Part shown: piece after piece, positions 28,518-37,529 of the stretch | Layout of the letters: each line of letters opens with the position of its first letter | Position numbering within the stretch: the first letter of the stretch is position 1 | Virus record (IMG/VR): IMGVR_UViG_2579778961_000003 | DNA: 40,444 nt | From: a virus | Taxonomy: Duplodnaviria > Heunggongvirae > Uroviricota > Caudoviricetes | Reading direction: 5' to 3' (one strand) | Made by a program: the position numbers and the translations under genes | Notes under the pieces: generated by a model | The model's input: the letters and a program-made list of their open reading frames with translations, nothing else | Database searches by the model: none | Told to the model about the DNA's origin: nothing

Positions 28518-28868
28518 TTAAAGCCCCATCGCAACAGCCAGGCAGACCGCTGCAACAATCAGTGCACGGCGGATTAACGCAGCAGAAAACACCAGGTGAA
28601 GGCCGGTCTGTACCGGGAAACGCCCTTCAGCCATCAGCCTGTCGTCATGTTTCAGGTACTGACCGGGACGGGCTTTGGGGAAGAGCGAACGGTCAAGCCA
28701 GTAACCCAGCACTGCTGCCAGCGTGATGAGTGCCAGCTTGTAGATCACAACAGGCAGCTGCTGTGGTGAGACCAGAGCGATGGTGCCCAGCAACAGCACT
28801 GAGGTCAGCAGCCAGCCGCTGAGGCGAGGTTTTTTAACAGGGGGAATGAATTTTTTCAGGTTTTTCAT
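28518..28868 (-). CDS. Putative holin (3 predicted TM segments)
   Basis: Start at ATG 28868 with AAGGAG RBS; three hydrophobic segments; first gene of the lysis cassette immediately upstream of the endolysin. Confidence 0.55.
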   Translation of the reverse strand: MKNLKKFIPPVKKPRLSGWLLTSVLLLGTIALVSPQQLPVVIYKLALITLAAVLGYWLDRSLFPKARPGQYLKHDDRLMAEGRFPVQTGLHLVFSAALIRRALIVAAVCLAVAMGL

Positions 28869-28998
28869 GTGTGTCTCCTTATCTGGTGGAGACAGCATCA
28901 CAAATACAGGGCGCGAAGGATTTTAAAGCGCGTTAAGAGAGCCGGGGATACGGGATGTGCAGGATAAACGATGAATTATTCACAGAGGAGAATACGAT

Positions 28999-29727
28999 AT
29001 GACGCAGACACTGAATCCGGTCATCACTGTCACCGTGTCCGGTCCTGTGGGCAGCGGTAAAAGTTACGTACTGGCGCGAATAGAGGAAGTGGTGAAACAG
29101 GAATTCGGAAACAGCGTCATTGTCGACGCCGCAGACGTGGACGGTGAGCGCCGTATGAGTGGGGATGATCTGAGCACATGGCAGAAACCACGGGCTGGCA
29201 CAGTGATCAGGCTGGAGGAATACACGGGACAGGGCCTGTTGTCATACGGCGAGGAGCGTATCTGTCGGACGAATGAGCTGCTGGATGTTATATGCCCCAC
29301 GGGCCGGCAACCCTGGATACTGCCCGATGCACTGCATGCCACCATTGCGGCACTGATGACAGTTTACGATCAGGAGCTGCTCATGAAGGAGTTACGTAAA
29401 CTCACTGGTCAGTCAACAGAATGTTGTTCGTCCCCGAAGTACGGCAAACAGGAACACATCCCGATTAACCAGCCTCCCCGGTTCTTCGACGAATACCTTC
29501 TGACACCGGAAAATAAAGCTGAGCATGAAGAGATCAAAGCGGCGTTGTTCCGGGAAATCAGGAAGATTGCTGAAATGCAACTGGAGGGCGGGCTGGACAG
29601 AGTGATGGCGAGAGGAGAATGGGCATCGCTGTTTGAAAGAGTTTCCCCGGAATTACTTCCCCTCGCACTGGCTATCGGGATTATGCAGACAGCGGATAAA
29701 CCTCACTTACGTTCATTAAACACGTAA
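28999..29727 (+). CDS. P-loop NTPase/kinase-like protein of unknown function
   Basis: Walker A motif VSGPVGSGKS at residues 13-22; GAGGAG RBS; lies in the accessory island between the late operon and the repressor. Confidence 0.6.
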   Translation: MTQTLNPVITVTVSGPVGSGKSYVLARIEEVVKQEFGNSVIVDAADVDGERRMSGDDLSTWQKPRAGTVIRLEEYTGQGLLSYGEERICRTNELLDVICPTGRQPWILPDALHATIAALMTVYDQELLMKELRKLTGQSTECCSSPKYGKQEHIPINQPPRFFDEYLLTPENKAEHEEIKAALFREIRKIAEMQLEGGLDRVMARGEWASLFERVSPELLPLALAIGIMQTADKPHLRSLNT

Positions 29728-30107
29728 CGCATAATCCGGGATACGCATTCAGCGATGACTGCATTTTCACCGGTTTTTACTGCATCCAGAAGTGACTCTT
29801 TAAATGGTACGGGCCGGGGCTGCAGAAAGGTCGGCATGGCATTGAGCAGACAGAGCGTTTTTTCCGTGAGGACGACATCAGCCGCTCCCACAGCCAGCAA
29901 CTGAGAGTAACGAATATAGCTGTTATCCCGAAGCCATATCAGCGTATCAATAAAACACCGGCACTTTTTCTGGTCGTGATCAACCTGGTCCGGGATATCG
30001 AAAAAACCAGAATAAATCAAAACCTGAGGTGCCGGATGCGTGTTCAGTAATCGGCAGAATATTTTGCCGGTGAGTACATAAAAATCATCATTTAAGGAGT
30101 GCATCAT
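29703..30107 (-). CDS. Hypothetical protein
   Basis: 134 aa ORF convergent with and overlapping the 3' end of the P-loop gene by 25 bp; weak RBS; lower-GC region. Confidence 0.4.
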   Translation of the reverse strand: MMHSLNDDFYVLTGKIFCRLLNTHPAPQVLIYSGFFDIPDQVDHDQKKCRCFIDTLIWLRDNSYIRYSQLLAVGAADVVLTEKTLCLLNAMPTFLQPRPVPFKESLLDAVKTGENAVIAECVSRIMRYVFNERK

Positions 30108-30321
30108 GAATCCCCGATTAACGTTAACAGAACATCAGCGCCGTGCTGAAGCAGTGAACAATGTTCTGGAAGATATTATCCGGTTATACCGCGGAGAACT
30201 GAGTGTCTGTCGTGCCGCTTTTCATTTTCAGGGAATACAAAAGCAGTTTGATACTTCTGTTTTTGCAGAAGGTATTACTTATGCCCTGGACCGGATAAGG
30301 TCAGAAAATCGCCCCGGATAA
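30106..30321 (+). CDS. Hypothetical small protein
   Basis: 71 aa ORF with strong AAGGAG RBS 6 nt upstream of the ATG. Confidence 0.5.
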   Translation: MNPRLTLTEHQRRAEAVNNVLEDIIRLYRGELSVCRAAFHFQGIQKQFDTSVFAEGITYALDRIRSENRPG

Positions 30322-30377
30322 TCCCTAAACCACATTAACAGAAATCCCGCCATCCCTGCCGCATCATGAAAGAACGA

Positions 30378-30405
30378 CCAGCCCGGCACCCGAAAGCCGG
30401 GCTGG
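30378..30405. other. Perfect 10-bp stem hairpin (possible terminator or RNA structure)
   Basis: ccagcccggc-acccgaaa-gccgggctgg; no strong T-tract on the plus strand, modest T-rich run on the minus strand. Confidence 0.4.
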
Positions 30406-30511
30406 TCATCGCCCCACAGGAATGCGCTGTGAGCCGACCAAGGTTCAGTCAGTCTCGCGAGACCTGACCAGACTGCCATATTTTTTAATAATTGTAAAAG
30501 GCTTGCAGATT

Positions 30512-31276
30512 ATGAAAATGCAGACATTACCCATCGTGCCGTGGATTGGTGGCAAACGCCGCCTTGCAAAACACATTCTGCCGCTGTTTCCGGCGCATGA
30601 ATGTTATGTGGAGCCGTTTTGTGGGGCAGCAGCGCTCTATTTTCTTAAGACACCCGGCAAGATCGAAGTCATCAATGATATCAACGGTGAACTGGTGAAT
30701 CTGTACCGGGTGGTAAAGCATCACCTGGAAGAATTTGTCCGCCAGTTCAAATGGGCGCTGGTCAGCCGTCAGATCTACAAATGGCTGCAGATCACCCCGG
30801 AAGAAACACTGACGGATATCCAGCGTGCGGCACGGTTCTACTACCTTCAGAAGCAGGCGTTTGGCGGCAAGGTGGCAGAGCACAGCTTCGGTACCTCCAC
30901 CACATCCCCGCCACGCTTCAACCTGCTACGTATTGAAGAAGAACTGTCAGCGGCACACCTGCGGCTTTCCAGAACAGTCATAGAACACATGGACTGGCAA
31001 CAGTGCATTGAGCGTTATGATCGTCCGCACACGCTGTTCTACTGCGACCCACCGTACCTGGGTACGGAAGGCTATGGTGTGGATTTTCCTGAAGGGAACT
31101 ACTCGCGGCTGGCAGAGCTGGCCCGGTGCATCAGAGGAAAAATGATAATTTCGGTGAACGACATCCCGCAGATGCGCGAGGTGTTCACTGGACTGAACAT
31201 ACAGACAGTGAATATCAACTACAGTCTGGCGGGTAAACCCACGCCGCGCCGTGAACTGCTAATCTGCAACTTCTGA
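30512..31276 (+). CDS. DNA N6-adenine methyltransferase (Dam-like, orphan)
   Basis: Motif I EPFCGAAALYF and motif IV DPPY (LFYCDPPYLGT); no adjacent endonuclease candidate; start chosen at ATG 30512 rather than ORF-track 30422. Confidence 0.9.
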   Translation: MKMQTLPIVPWIGGKRRLAKHILPLFPAHECYVEPFCGAAALYFLKTPGKIEVINDINGELVNLYRVVKHHLEEFVRQFKWALVSRQIYKWLQITPEETLTDIQRAARFYYLQKQAFGGKVAEHSFGTSTTSPPRFNLLRIEEELSAAHLRLSRTVIEHMDWQQCIERYDRPHTLFYCDPPYLGTEGYGVDFPEGNYSRLAELARCIRGKMIISVNDIPQMREVFTGLNIQTVNINYSLAGKPTPRRELLICNF

Positions 31277-31283
31277 AACAAAA

Positions 31284-31306
31284 CCGGAAAGCACAATGCT
31301 TTCCGG
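31284..31306 (-). terminator. Probable terminator of the repressor transcript
   Basis: Hairpin ccggaaagc-acaat-gctttccgg; on the minus strand it is followed by TTTTGTTTC. Confidence 0.5.
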
Positions 31307-31392
31307 TAAACCAAACAACTTCCACTATGTCACTGGCGATGTTTTCTGAAAGCATCCAGATCAACCACCTGTCCTTTGTGTCCGGGTCAGTA

Positions 31393-31749
31393 TCAGCCTG
31401 CGATTTTTCCTGGTTTTGGCTGAGTATAGAATCGCCCAATCTCAAGAAATGAGCGTTGTTGGTCTGGTGTCATGTCGTCAAAAGTATCTATTAGTTTTTG
31501 TTTTTCTGGGGAAATTTGATTCTGGTTTCTAGTCATACCATCTGTGCTCATTCCAGTGAGCAACCAATTTACATCAACATTAAACTCTTGATGCATCTTT
31601 AACAGAAACTCCCCTCCAGGCATCGCCTTTCCATTTTCAATCTGACTGATACCACCATTAGAAATACCTAAACGAGCTGCAAATTCTCTCTGGTTCAACC
31701 CTGCTTTCTTCCTCACAGAAATAACGCGCTCTCCTATATCTTTGCTCAT
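31393..31749 (-). CDS. Prophage repressor (HTH XRE family; Mu c-equivalent)
   Basis: N-terminal HTH (LNQREFAARLGISNGGISQIENGK), divergently transcribed from the early operon, operator palindrome in the intergenic region. Confidence 0.75.
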   Translation of the reverse strand: MSKDIGERVISVRKKAGLNQREFAARLGISNGGISQIENGKAMPGGEFLLKMHQEFNVDVNWLLTGMSTDGMTRNQNQISPEKQKLIDTFDDMTPDQQRSFLEIGRFYTQPKPGKIAG

Positions 31750-31789
31750 AAAAGTGAATCTCTATCTTGATATGCTCATAATTATGAGC
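31743..31789. promoter_or_regulatory. Operator/early promoter region with 18-bp perfect palindrome
   Basis: TGCTCATAATTATGAGCA at 31772-31789 and a TGCTCATA half-site at 31743-31750 overlapping the repressor start codon. Confidence 0.6.
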
Positions 31790-31842
31790 AATAATCTAAC
31801 ACATATAAGGCAAACATCATTGCATCAACAAAGGAGACAACG

Positions 31843-32031
31843 ATGACTGCAGAACAAGTCAAAGCTCTCTTCCGCCAGCGCGGGATCACTTTCACCCGCT
31901 GGGCAGAAGAAAACGGCTACAACCGCAATGAGGTATACCGCGTTCTCAACGGGCAGACCAAAGCCCGTTACGGTAAATCCCATGAAATCGCCGTGAAGTT
32001 GGGACTGAAATCAACAGCTCAGGCGGCCTAA
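31843..32031 (+). CDS. Small DNA-binding early regulator (Ner/Cro-equivalent)
   Basis: 62 aa basic protein, first rightward gene after the operator, AAAGGAG RBS; assignment by position rather than clear Ner motif match. Confidence 0.5.
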   Translation: MTAEQVKALFRQRGITFTRWAEENGYNRNEVYRVLNGQTKARYGKSHEIAVKLGLKSTAQAA

Positions 32032-32077
32032 ATATTTTGAGTCTTTGTAAAAGGTTATCACATATCGCAAAAGAGGT

Positions 32078-32392
32078 ATGCAGATGAGTAAGACGAATGT
32101 TTCAAGCTCCGGCAGTCGCATCCTCCGGGTACTCAAAGCGCTGCGCGGTCATGCCCTGAACGGTATTTCTAACGGTGAACTGGCGACAGCACTGCACGAG
32201 TCACCGGCAAACATCAACCGGGCACTCAACACCCTCATTGAAGAAGGGCTGGCTCTGAAACTGGAGAACGGACGTTTTGCACCGGGCATCCAGTTACTGC
32301 AGATCGCCATGGCCCACAGTAACGAGATGGCACGTGCACAGGATCGTATTAACGAAATTAACCAACGTGTCATTTCAGGTAGTCGTTTGTAA
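32078..32392 (+). CDS. Winged-helix DNA-binding protein (putative transcriptional regulator)
   Basis: 104 aa; HTH-like segment ISNGELATALHESPANINRALNTLIEEGL; AAGAGG RBS. Confidence 0.45.
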   Translation: MQMSKTNVSSSGSRILRVLKALRGHALNGISNGELATALHESPANINRALNTLIEEGLALKLENGRFAPGIQLLQIAMAHSNEMARAQDRINEINQRVISGSRL

Positions 32393-32402
32393 GGAGTAAT
32401 CA

Positions 32403-33323
32403 ATGGGACGTACCAAATCACCGATTAACACTGAACTGAACGCCGATGTACCGCTGTCGGATGATCTCAACGTCAGCCTGAATGCCATGACACAGCATCG
32501 CATGGAGATCATGCAGCAGTTTGGTGATGGACTGCCTTATGAACGTGAACGCATCGTTCACGAAGCACGTTTTTATATGGCGCAGAGTGCTGAATCTATG
32601 TTGGAAGCGGGTAAGCGGCTGATCATCTTAAAAGAAAATGAACCGCATGGTGATTTCACAAATATTCTGGAAAACGACCTCGGATTAGCACCACAGGTAG
32701 CTCGTCGCATGATGCAGGCCAGCGTGAAATTTCTCGGCAATGGAGATGAACAGCCAAAACGCTCAGCGCTGAGCGTTTTGGGAAAAACCAAGTTATATGA
32801 ACTGATGGTTCTGGATGACGAAGAACTCGACGCATTAGCTGATGGTGGAACCGTCGCCGGTGCAACGCTTGATGATATTGATCGCATGACCAGCCGCGAA
32901 CTGAAGGCCGCCCTGCGTGAAGCGCGCGAAACCAACGCAGCTCAGCAACAGGTGCTTGCCGGAAAGGACGAAAAAATCAACGAACTGGCCACAAAACTGG
33001 AGAAGAAATCGCGCCTGCAACCTCCGCCGCCAGACGAAGAACTGAAAAAATTGCGGGCGGAAGTGACGGCATTAGCGGTTGAGGCCGAATCGGCTATCGC
33101 CGTCCGGCTGTCCAGTGTTTTTGAGACCCTGTGTGAATACTGCACCAAAAACATGATCGATACCCCCAGAGATTTCATGGCCGGTCTGGTCTGCCAGATT
33201 GAACGCAGTGTTCATGCATTACGTGAGACGTTTGACCTTGAGGCCGCTCCATCGGGTAACGATGCCCCCGCCTGGCTGACCGAACCGGAACCTGAAATCA
33301 ACCGACCGGAGGATATGCAGTAA
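32403..33323 (+). CDS. Hypothetical early protein
   Basis: 306 aa ORF with acidic/coiled-coil regions between regulator genes and transposase. Confidence 0.5.
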   Translation: MGRTKSPINTELNADVPLSDDLNVSLNAMTQHRMEIMQQFGDGLPYERERIVHEARFYMAQSAESMLEAGKRLIILKENEPHGDFTNILENDLGLAPQVARRMMQASVKFLGNGDEQPKRSALSVLGKTKLYELMVLDDEELDALADGGTVAGATLDDIDRMTSRELKAALREARETNAAQQQVLAGKDEKINELATKLEKKSRLQPPPPDEELKKLRAEVTALAVEAESAIAVRLSSVFETLCEYCTKNMIDTPRDFMAGLVCQIERSVHALRETFDLEAAPSGNDAPAWLTEPEPEINRPEDMQ

Positions 33324-33640
33324 TGAATACGAATAACACACAAAATACCCTGATGGACAGCCCGGAGGCACTGGGGCACGCACTGTGTAATCTGCTGCCG
33401 GAGATGGTGCAGGGTTTCCGCGTGGTGACCCCTTCCGGTGAAATCTGCGTACCCGCACAGGAGACGCACCCGTTTGTACTGACGATGGAGGTGATGCTGA
33501 TGCAGCAGATAAGACGTCTGCAGAATCAGTCAGCATTACGCCCGGTAGTTGCACCGCAACCGGTAAATACCGTGGTGAAAACCTGCGATGGCGAAACACT
33601 GTGCGACCTCGCCAGAAAAATTGCCGCCAGAATCGGATAA
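33323..33640 (+). CDS. Hypothetical early protein
   Basis: 105 aa ORF, start overlaps upstream stop. Confidence 0.4.
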   Translation: MNTNNTQNTLMDSPEALGHALCNLLPEMVQGFRVVTPSGEICVPAQETHPFVLTMEVMLMQQIRRLQNQSALRPVVAPQPVNTVVKTCDGETLCDLARKIAARIG

Positions 33641-33655
33641 CAGGGAAGACAAGCT

Positions 33656-35425
33656 ATGACCCCGGCACTGACTGAAAAACTGGTTGAAACAGCCCGCGCG
33701 GCACGTGACGCGGGGCATGGTAAACGCGGTGCAATATACGACGCTGCCTGTGCTGAACTTGGCATGTCCCGCGCCACTCTGCTGCGCAGGCTGAAGGAGG
33801 TATCTGTGACTGATAAACGCAAAAAACGCGCCGATGCCGGGCGCAGCGCCCTGACCCGCGACGAAGCCGCGCTGATATCTGCCACACTGCGTGAGGCCAC
33901 CCGCAAGAACGGTAAGCGTCTCTATTCCATCGCAGATGCAGTGGAAACCCTGCGGGCTAACGGCTTTATCACCGCAGGCAGAACAGATGAAACCACCAGT
34001 GAGTTTTTCCCGTTGTCTGAAGATGCCATCAGCCGTGCTCTGCGTAACTATGGCCTGCACCCGGAACAACTGGATGCCCCTGCACCACATACCGAAGTGG
34101 CCAGTCTGCATCCCAATCATGTCTGGCAGATTGACGCCTCACTCTGCACGCTTTACTACCTGAGCAATGGACATAAAGGGCTGCAGGTGATGGACAGCGC
34201 GAAGTTCTACAAGAACAAGCCCGCTAACCTTGCCCGTATCGCCAGTGACCGCGTGTGGAGTTACGAGATTACCGACCATGCCAGCGGCTGGATTTACGTT
34301 GAGTATGTGACGGGCGCGGAATCAGGTGAGAACCTGTGTTCTGTGCTTATCAACGCCATGCAGGAGCGTGGCGGCGCAGACGTGCTGCACGGCGTGCCGA
34401 AAATACTCTATCTCGACCCCGGCTCGGCAAACACCGCGGGTATGACGAAAAACATGTGCCGCTCACTGGGCATCGACCTGATAGCGCACAAGCCGCATAA
34501 CGCCCGCGCCACCGGACAGGTGGAAAAGGCGCGTGACATTATCGAACGCAAGCTGGAGCCGGGTCTGAAGTTCCGGCCGGTTCACAGTCTGGAAGAACTC
34601 AACGCGCTGGCCGCGAAATGGCGCAGCCACTTTAACGCCACGGCTGTTCACAGCCGCCACGGTAAAACCCGCACGGATATCTGGCTGAAGATTACTGCTG
34701 AGCAGCTGAAAAAAGCGCCTTCCGTTGAGGTATGTCGTGAACTGGCTGTGGCGGCACCAGAACTCCGCAAAGTCACGCCAAAACTTCGTGTCTCGTTCCG
34801 GGGCACTGAATTTGACGTATCAACGGTACCGGGCGTACTGGTTGGTGAAAAACTGATGATTACCCGTAACCCATGGCGCAGCGATGTGGCACAGGTGGTT
34901 CTGACCGGTGAGGACGGCCACGAGACGTTCTTCCTGGTCGAAGAGGTCAGAAAGAACGAGTTTGGCTTTGCTGAAGGCGCGGCGGTATTTGGCGAAAGTT
35001 ACAAAGCCCTGCCGGAAACCCCGGCACAGATGGCGGCAAAAGAAACCGAAGCGCTGGTTACCGGTACAGACAACGCCGCAGATGCAGCCGCCGCACGCAA
35101 GGCGAAGGCGCTGCCGTTCGGCGGGCGGCTTGACCCGTATAAACATATCGACGACACCACACTTCCGGCCTATATGCCGAAGCGTGGTCAGGCCTCTGAC
35201 GTACGCGGGCCGCGCACTGAACAACGTCCCATGACTCATGTGGAGGCCGCGAAAGCCCTGCGCGATAAGTTCAGCGCCGACGGCCTTACCTGGACGCCGG
35301 AACATTACCGCCAGTTAACGGCACAGTACCCGGACGGCGTACCGGAAGCCGCACTGGATGAAGTCATGGCCACGCTGACCACACCGGCCCGCAGCAGTGT
35401 TATCAGCATTGTTAACGGCAACTGA
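33656..35425 (+). CDS. DDE transposase (Mu A-like)
   Basis: 589 aa; N-terminal DNA-binding region; integrase-core-like HPNHVWQIDAS segment; followed by an AAA+ B-like gene. Confidence 0.8.
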   Translation: MTPALTEKLVETARAARDAGHGKRGAIYDAACAELGMSRATLLRRLKEVSVTDKRKKRADAGRSALTRDEAALISATLREATRKNGKRLYSIADAVETLRANGFITAGRTDETTSEFFPLSEDAISRALRNYGLHPEQLDAPAPHTEVASLHPNHVWQIDASLCTLYYLSNGHKGLQVMDSAKFYKNKPANLARIASDRVWSYEITDHASGWIYVEYVTGAESGENLCSVLINAMQERGGADVLHGVPKILYLDPGSANTAGMTKNMCRSLGIDLIAHKPHNARATGQVEKARDIIERKLEPGLKFRPVHSLEELNALAAKWRSHFNATAVHSRHGKTRTDIWLKITAEQLKKAPSVEVCRELAVAAPELRKVTPKLRVSFRGTEFDVSTVPGVLVGEKLMITRNPWRSDVAQVVLTGEDGHETFFLVEEVRKNEFGFAEGAAVFGESYKALPETPAQMAAKETEALVTGTDNAADAAAARKAKALPFGGRLDPYKHIDDTTLPAYMPKRGQASDVRGPRTEQRPMTHVEAAKALRDKFSADGLTWTPEHYRQLTAQYPDGVPEAALDEVMATLTTPARSSVISIVNGN

Positions 35426-35435
35426 GGAGGGAAAC

Positions 35436-36602
35436 ATGCTGGTACTGAAGCAGCAACTGAAAGAGGCCCGTATTCCACAGGCGGTGGTGGCGAGAGCTGT
35501 CGATGTTTCTGAGGCCACGCTGGCCCAGATTGTGAATCATAACGCGTGGCCCCGCACCAGCCCCGGAGAAGTGCGCCGGCGTCTTGCGTCCTGGCTGGAA
35601 AGTCAGGGGATTGATACAACGAAGAGTTTTGATGCTGTACAGGGCGCGGCCACGCCCCGTACAGCGGGTACCACAGATAAAACGAGCCTCAGTGAGGAAG
35701 AGAATATGTTACTCAAAAAACAGGTGTTATTTCCAGCAACCAAAAAAGCGTTTGGTCTTTTCCGTGACCCGTTCGCCGACGAAGCCATGCAGGGTTCTGA
35801 TGATGTGTTCACCACCCCGGACATTCGCTACGTGCGTGAGGCGCTGTACCAGACAGCCCGTCATGGTGGGTTTATGGCCGTCATCGGTGAGTCCGGTGCG
35901 GGTAAATCCACGCTGCGCCGCGACCTGACTGAACGTATCAACCGCGAGAATGCGCCGGTAATTGTTATCGAGCCATACATCATCGCTATGGAAGACAACG
36001 ATGTGAAAGGGAAAACCCTGAAGGCAGCAGCTATTGCCGAAGCCATTATCAGTACCATCGCACCACTGGAAAGCATCAGACGCAGTCAGGACGCCCGTTT
36101 TCGCCAGTTGCATCGCGTCCTGAAAGACAGCAGCCAGGCGGGGTTCAGCCACGTTCTGGTGATTGAGGAGGCCCACAGTCTGCCCATTCCGACACTGAAA
36201 CACCTCAAACGCTTTTTTGAGCTGGAGTCCGGTTTCAAAAAACTGCTGTCCATCGTGCTGATTGGCCAGCCGGAACTGGCGACAAAACTGTCTGAACGCA
36301 ATATGGAAGTCCGTGAAGTCGTTCAGCGCTGTGAGGTGGTCGAACTTCTGCCTCTGGACAATAACCTTGAAGAATTTCTGACGTTCAAACTGCAACGGGC
36401 CGGTAAACAGCTGACGGACATTATGGACGCCGGTGCAGTGGATGCCATACGTGCCCGCCTGAGCAATCCGGGAAGTCACCGTAAAAATATGGTCAGCCTG
36501 CTGTATCCGCTGGCCGTCAGTAACCTGGTAATAGCCGCCATGAATCTGGCCGCTGAAATCGGGGTTCCACAGGTCAACGCTGACGTTGTCAAAGGGGTTT
36601 AA
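35436..36602 (+). CDS. Transposition ATPase (Mu B-like, AAA+)
   Basis: Walker A GESGAGKST, N-terminal HTH-like region; start placed at ATG 35436 with GGAGGG RBS. Confidence 0.75.
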   Translation: MLVLKQQLKEARIPQAVVARAVDVSEATLAQIVNHNAWPRTSPGEVRRRLASWLESQGIDTTKSFDAVQGAATPRTAGTTDKTSLSEEENMLLKKQVLFPATKKAFGLFRDPFADEAMQGSDDVFTTPDIRYVREALYQTARHGGFMAVIGESGAGKSTLRRDLTERINRENAPVIVIEPYIIAMEDNDVKGKTLKAAAIAEAIISTIAPLESIRRSQDARFRQLHRVLKDSSQAGFSHVLVIEEAHSLPIPTLKHLKRFFELESGFKKLLSIVLIGQPELATKLSERNMEVREVVQRCEVVELLPLDNNLEEFLTFKLQRAGKQLTDIMDAGAVDAIRARLSNPGSHRKNMVSLLYPLAVSNLVIAAMNLAAEIGVPQVNADVVKGV

Positions 36603-36604
36603 TA

Positions 36605-36874
36605 ATGAAATCCACCACAGGTATCAACCAGCAAATCAGCAAAGTGCAGTCAGCCATTATGGCGCTTAAGGCGACGAACACGGATGTACAAAGCATCACC
36701 ATCAGGGGTAACAAACCTGTCATCCGCGTTTCCCGGAGTGCGCATTGCATGCGCATGCTTGAGCAGGGAAAGGCCTGTTATCTGTATACCGGACATGACC
36801 ACAGGGGATATTTCCGTCAGGGCGTTTTCGAACTGCACGGCTGTCGCGTCGTGTGGCCGGAATCTTTGTGGTAA
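36605..36874 (+). CDS. Hypothetical early protein
   Basis: 89 aa ORF immediately after B-like gene. Confidence 0.4.
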   Translation: MKSTTGINQQISKVQSAIMALKATNTDVQSITIRGNKPVIRVSRSAHCMRMLEQGKACYLYTGHDHRGYFRQGVFELHGCRVVWPESLW

Positions 36875-36901
36875 TCAGCACAACTGGAGAAATCATAAAA
36901 A

Positions 36902-37432
36902 ATGGCAAAAAGTACAAAAGGTGCAAAACGTATCAAGGCCGCAGCAGCACTCTGGGTGCCGGGGACACGTGAAGAGGTCATTGAGGGAATCAGACTACTC
37001 GGTGACGCACAACGTGAACTGGTCAGGGCTGAAACAGAAATGAATGACGCCATTGGCGATATCACCGCACGTTATGCCCCGCTCACCGAGAGCCTGAAAA
37101 AACGCATGGCCGAACTGCAGTCCGGTATTCAGACATGGTGTGAGGCACACCGTGATGAACTGACCGGCAACGGGAAGGTGAAGTTCGCTAACCTCACCAC
37201 CGGCGAGGTGCAGTGGCGAAACCGTCCGCCATCAGTCAGTATCCGTGGGGCGGATAATGTTATTGAATTACTGAGACGTCTGGGGCTTGAGCGCTTTATT
37301 CGTGTAAAAGAGGAAATAAATAAAGACGCTATCCTGAATGAAAAAGAGGCCGTGAAAAATATTCCCGGTATTTCCATTAAAAGCGACATTGAGGATTTTT
37401 CAATAATTCCTTTTGAGCAGGATGTGCAGTAA
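36902..37432 (+). CDS. gam: Host-nuclease inhibitor Gam-like protein
   Basis: 176 aa, size and coiled-coil character of Mu Gam; located in semi-essential early region after B. Confidence 0.65.
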   Translation: MAKSTKGAKRIKAAAALWVPGTREEVIEGIRLLGDAQRELVRAETEMNDAIGDITARYAPLTESLKKRMAELQSGIQTWCEAHRDELTGNGKVKFANLTTGEVQWRNRPPSVSIRGADNVIELLRRLGLERFIRVKEEINKDAILNEKEAVKNIPGISIKSDIEDFSIIPFEQDVQ

Positions 37433-37529
37433 ACACACCACGTTAATTATTTAATAAAAACATTTTCTTTTTTATTCCGACGTCAGCGCCGCGGGCTTCT
37501 GCACGCCGGAAACAGAGGAGAATTAAATC

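Noticed and set aside
28890-28905. Sequence CATCACA resembling a prophage end plus the TCACA target duplication
   Set aside because: It lies in the 5' leader of the holin gene with no adjacent transposase-binding repeats; a 7-mer match is expected by chance in 40 kb.
30422-30511. Upstream start for the Dam methyltransferase ORF
   Set aside because: The extension covers the hairpin region and adds a non-conserved leader; ATG 30512 (MKMQTLPIVPWIGGKRR) gives a typical MTase N-terminus.
35727-36479. 250-aa minus-strand ORF
   Set aside because: Antisense within the B-like ATPase gene; the plus-strand ORF has the Walker A motif and operon context.
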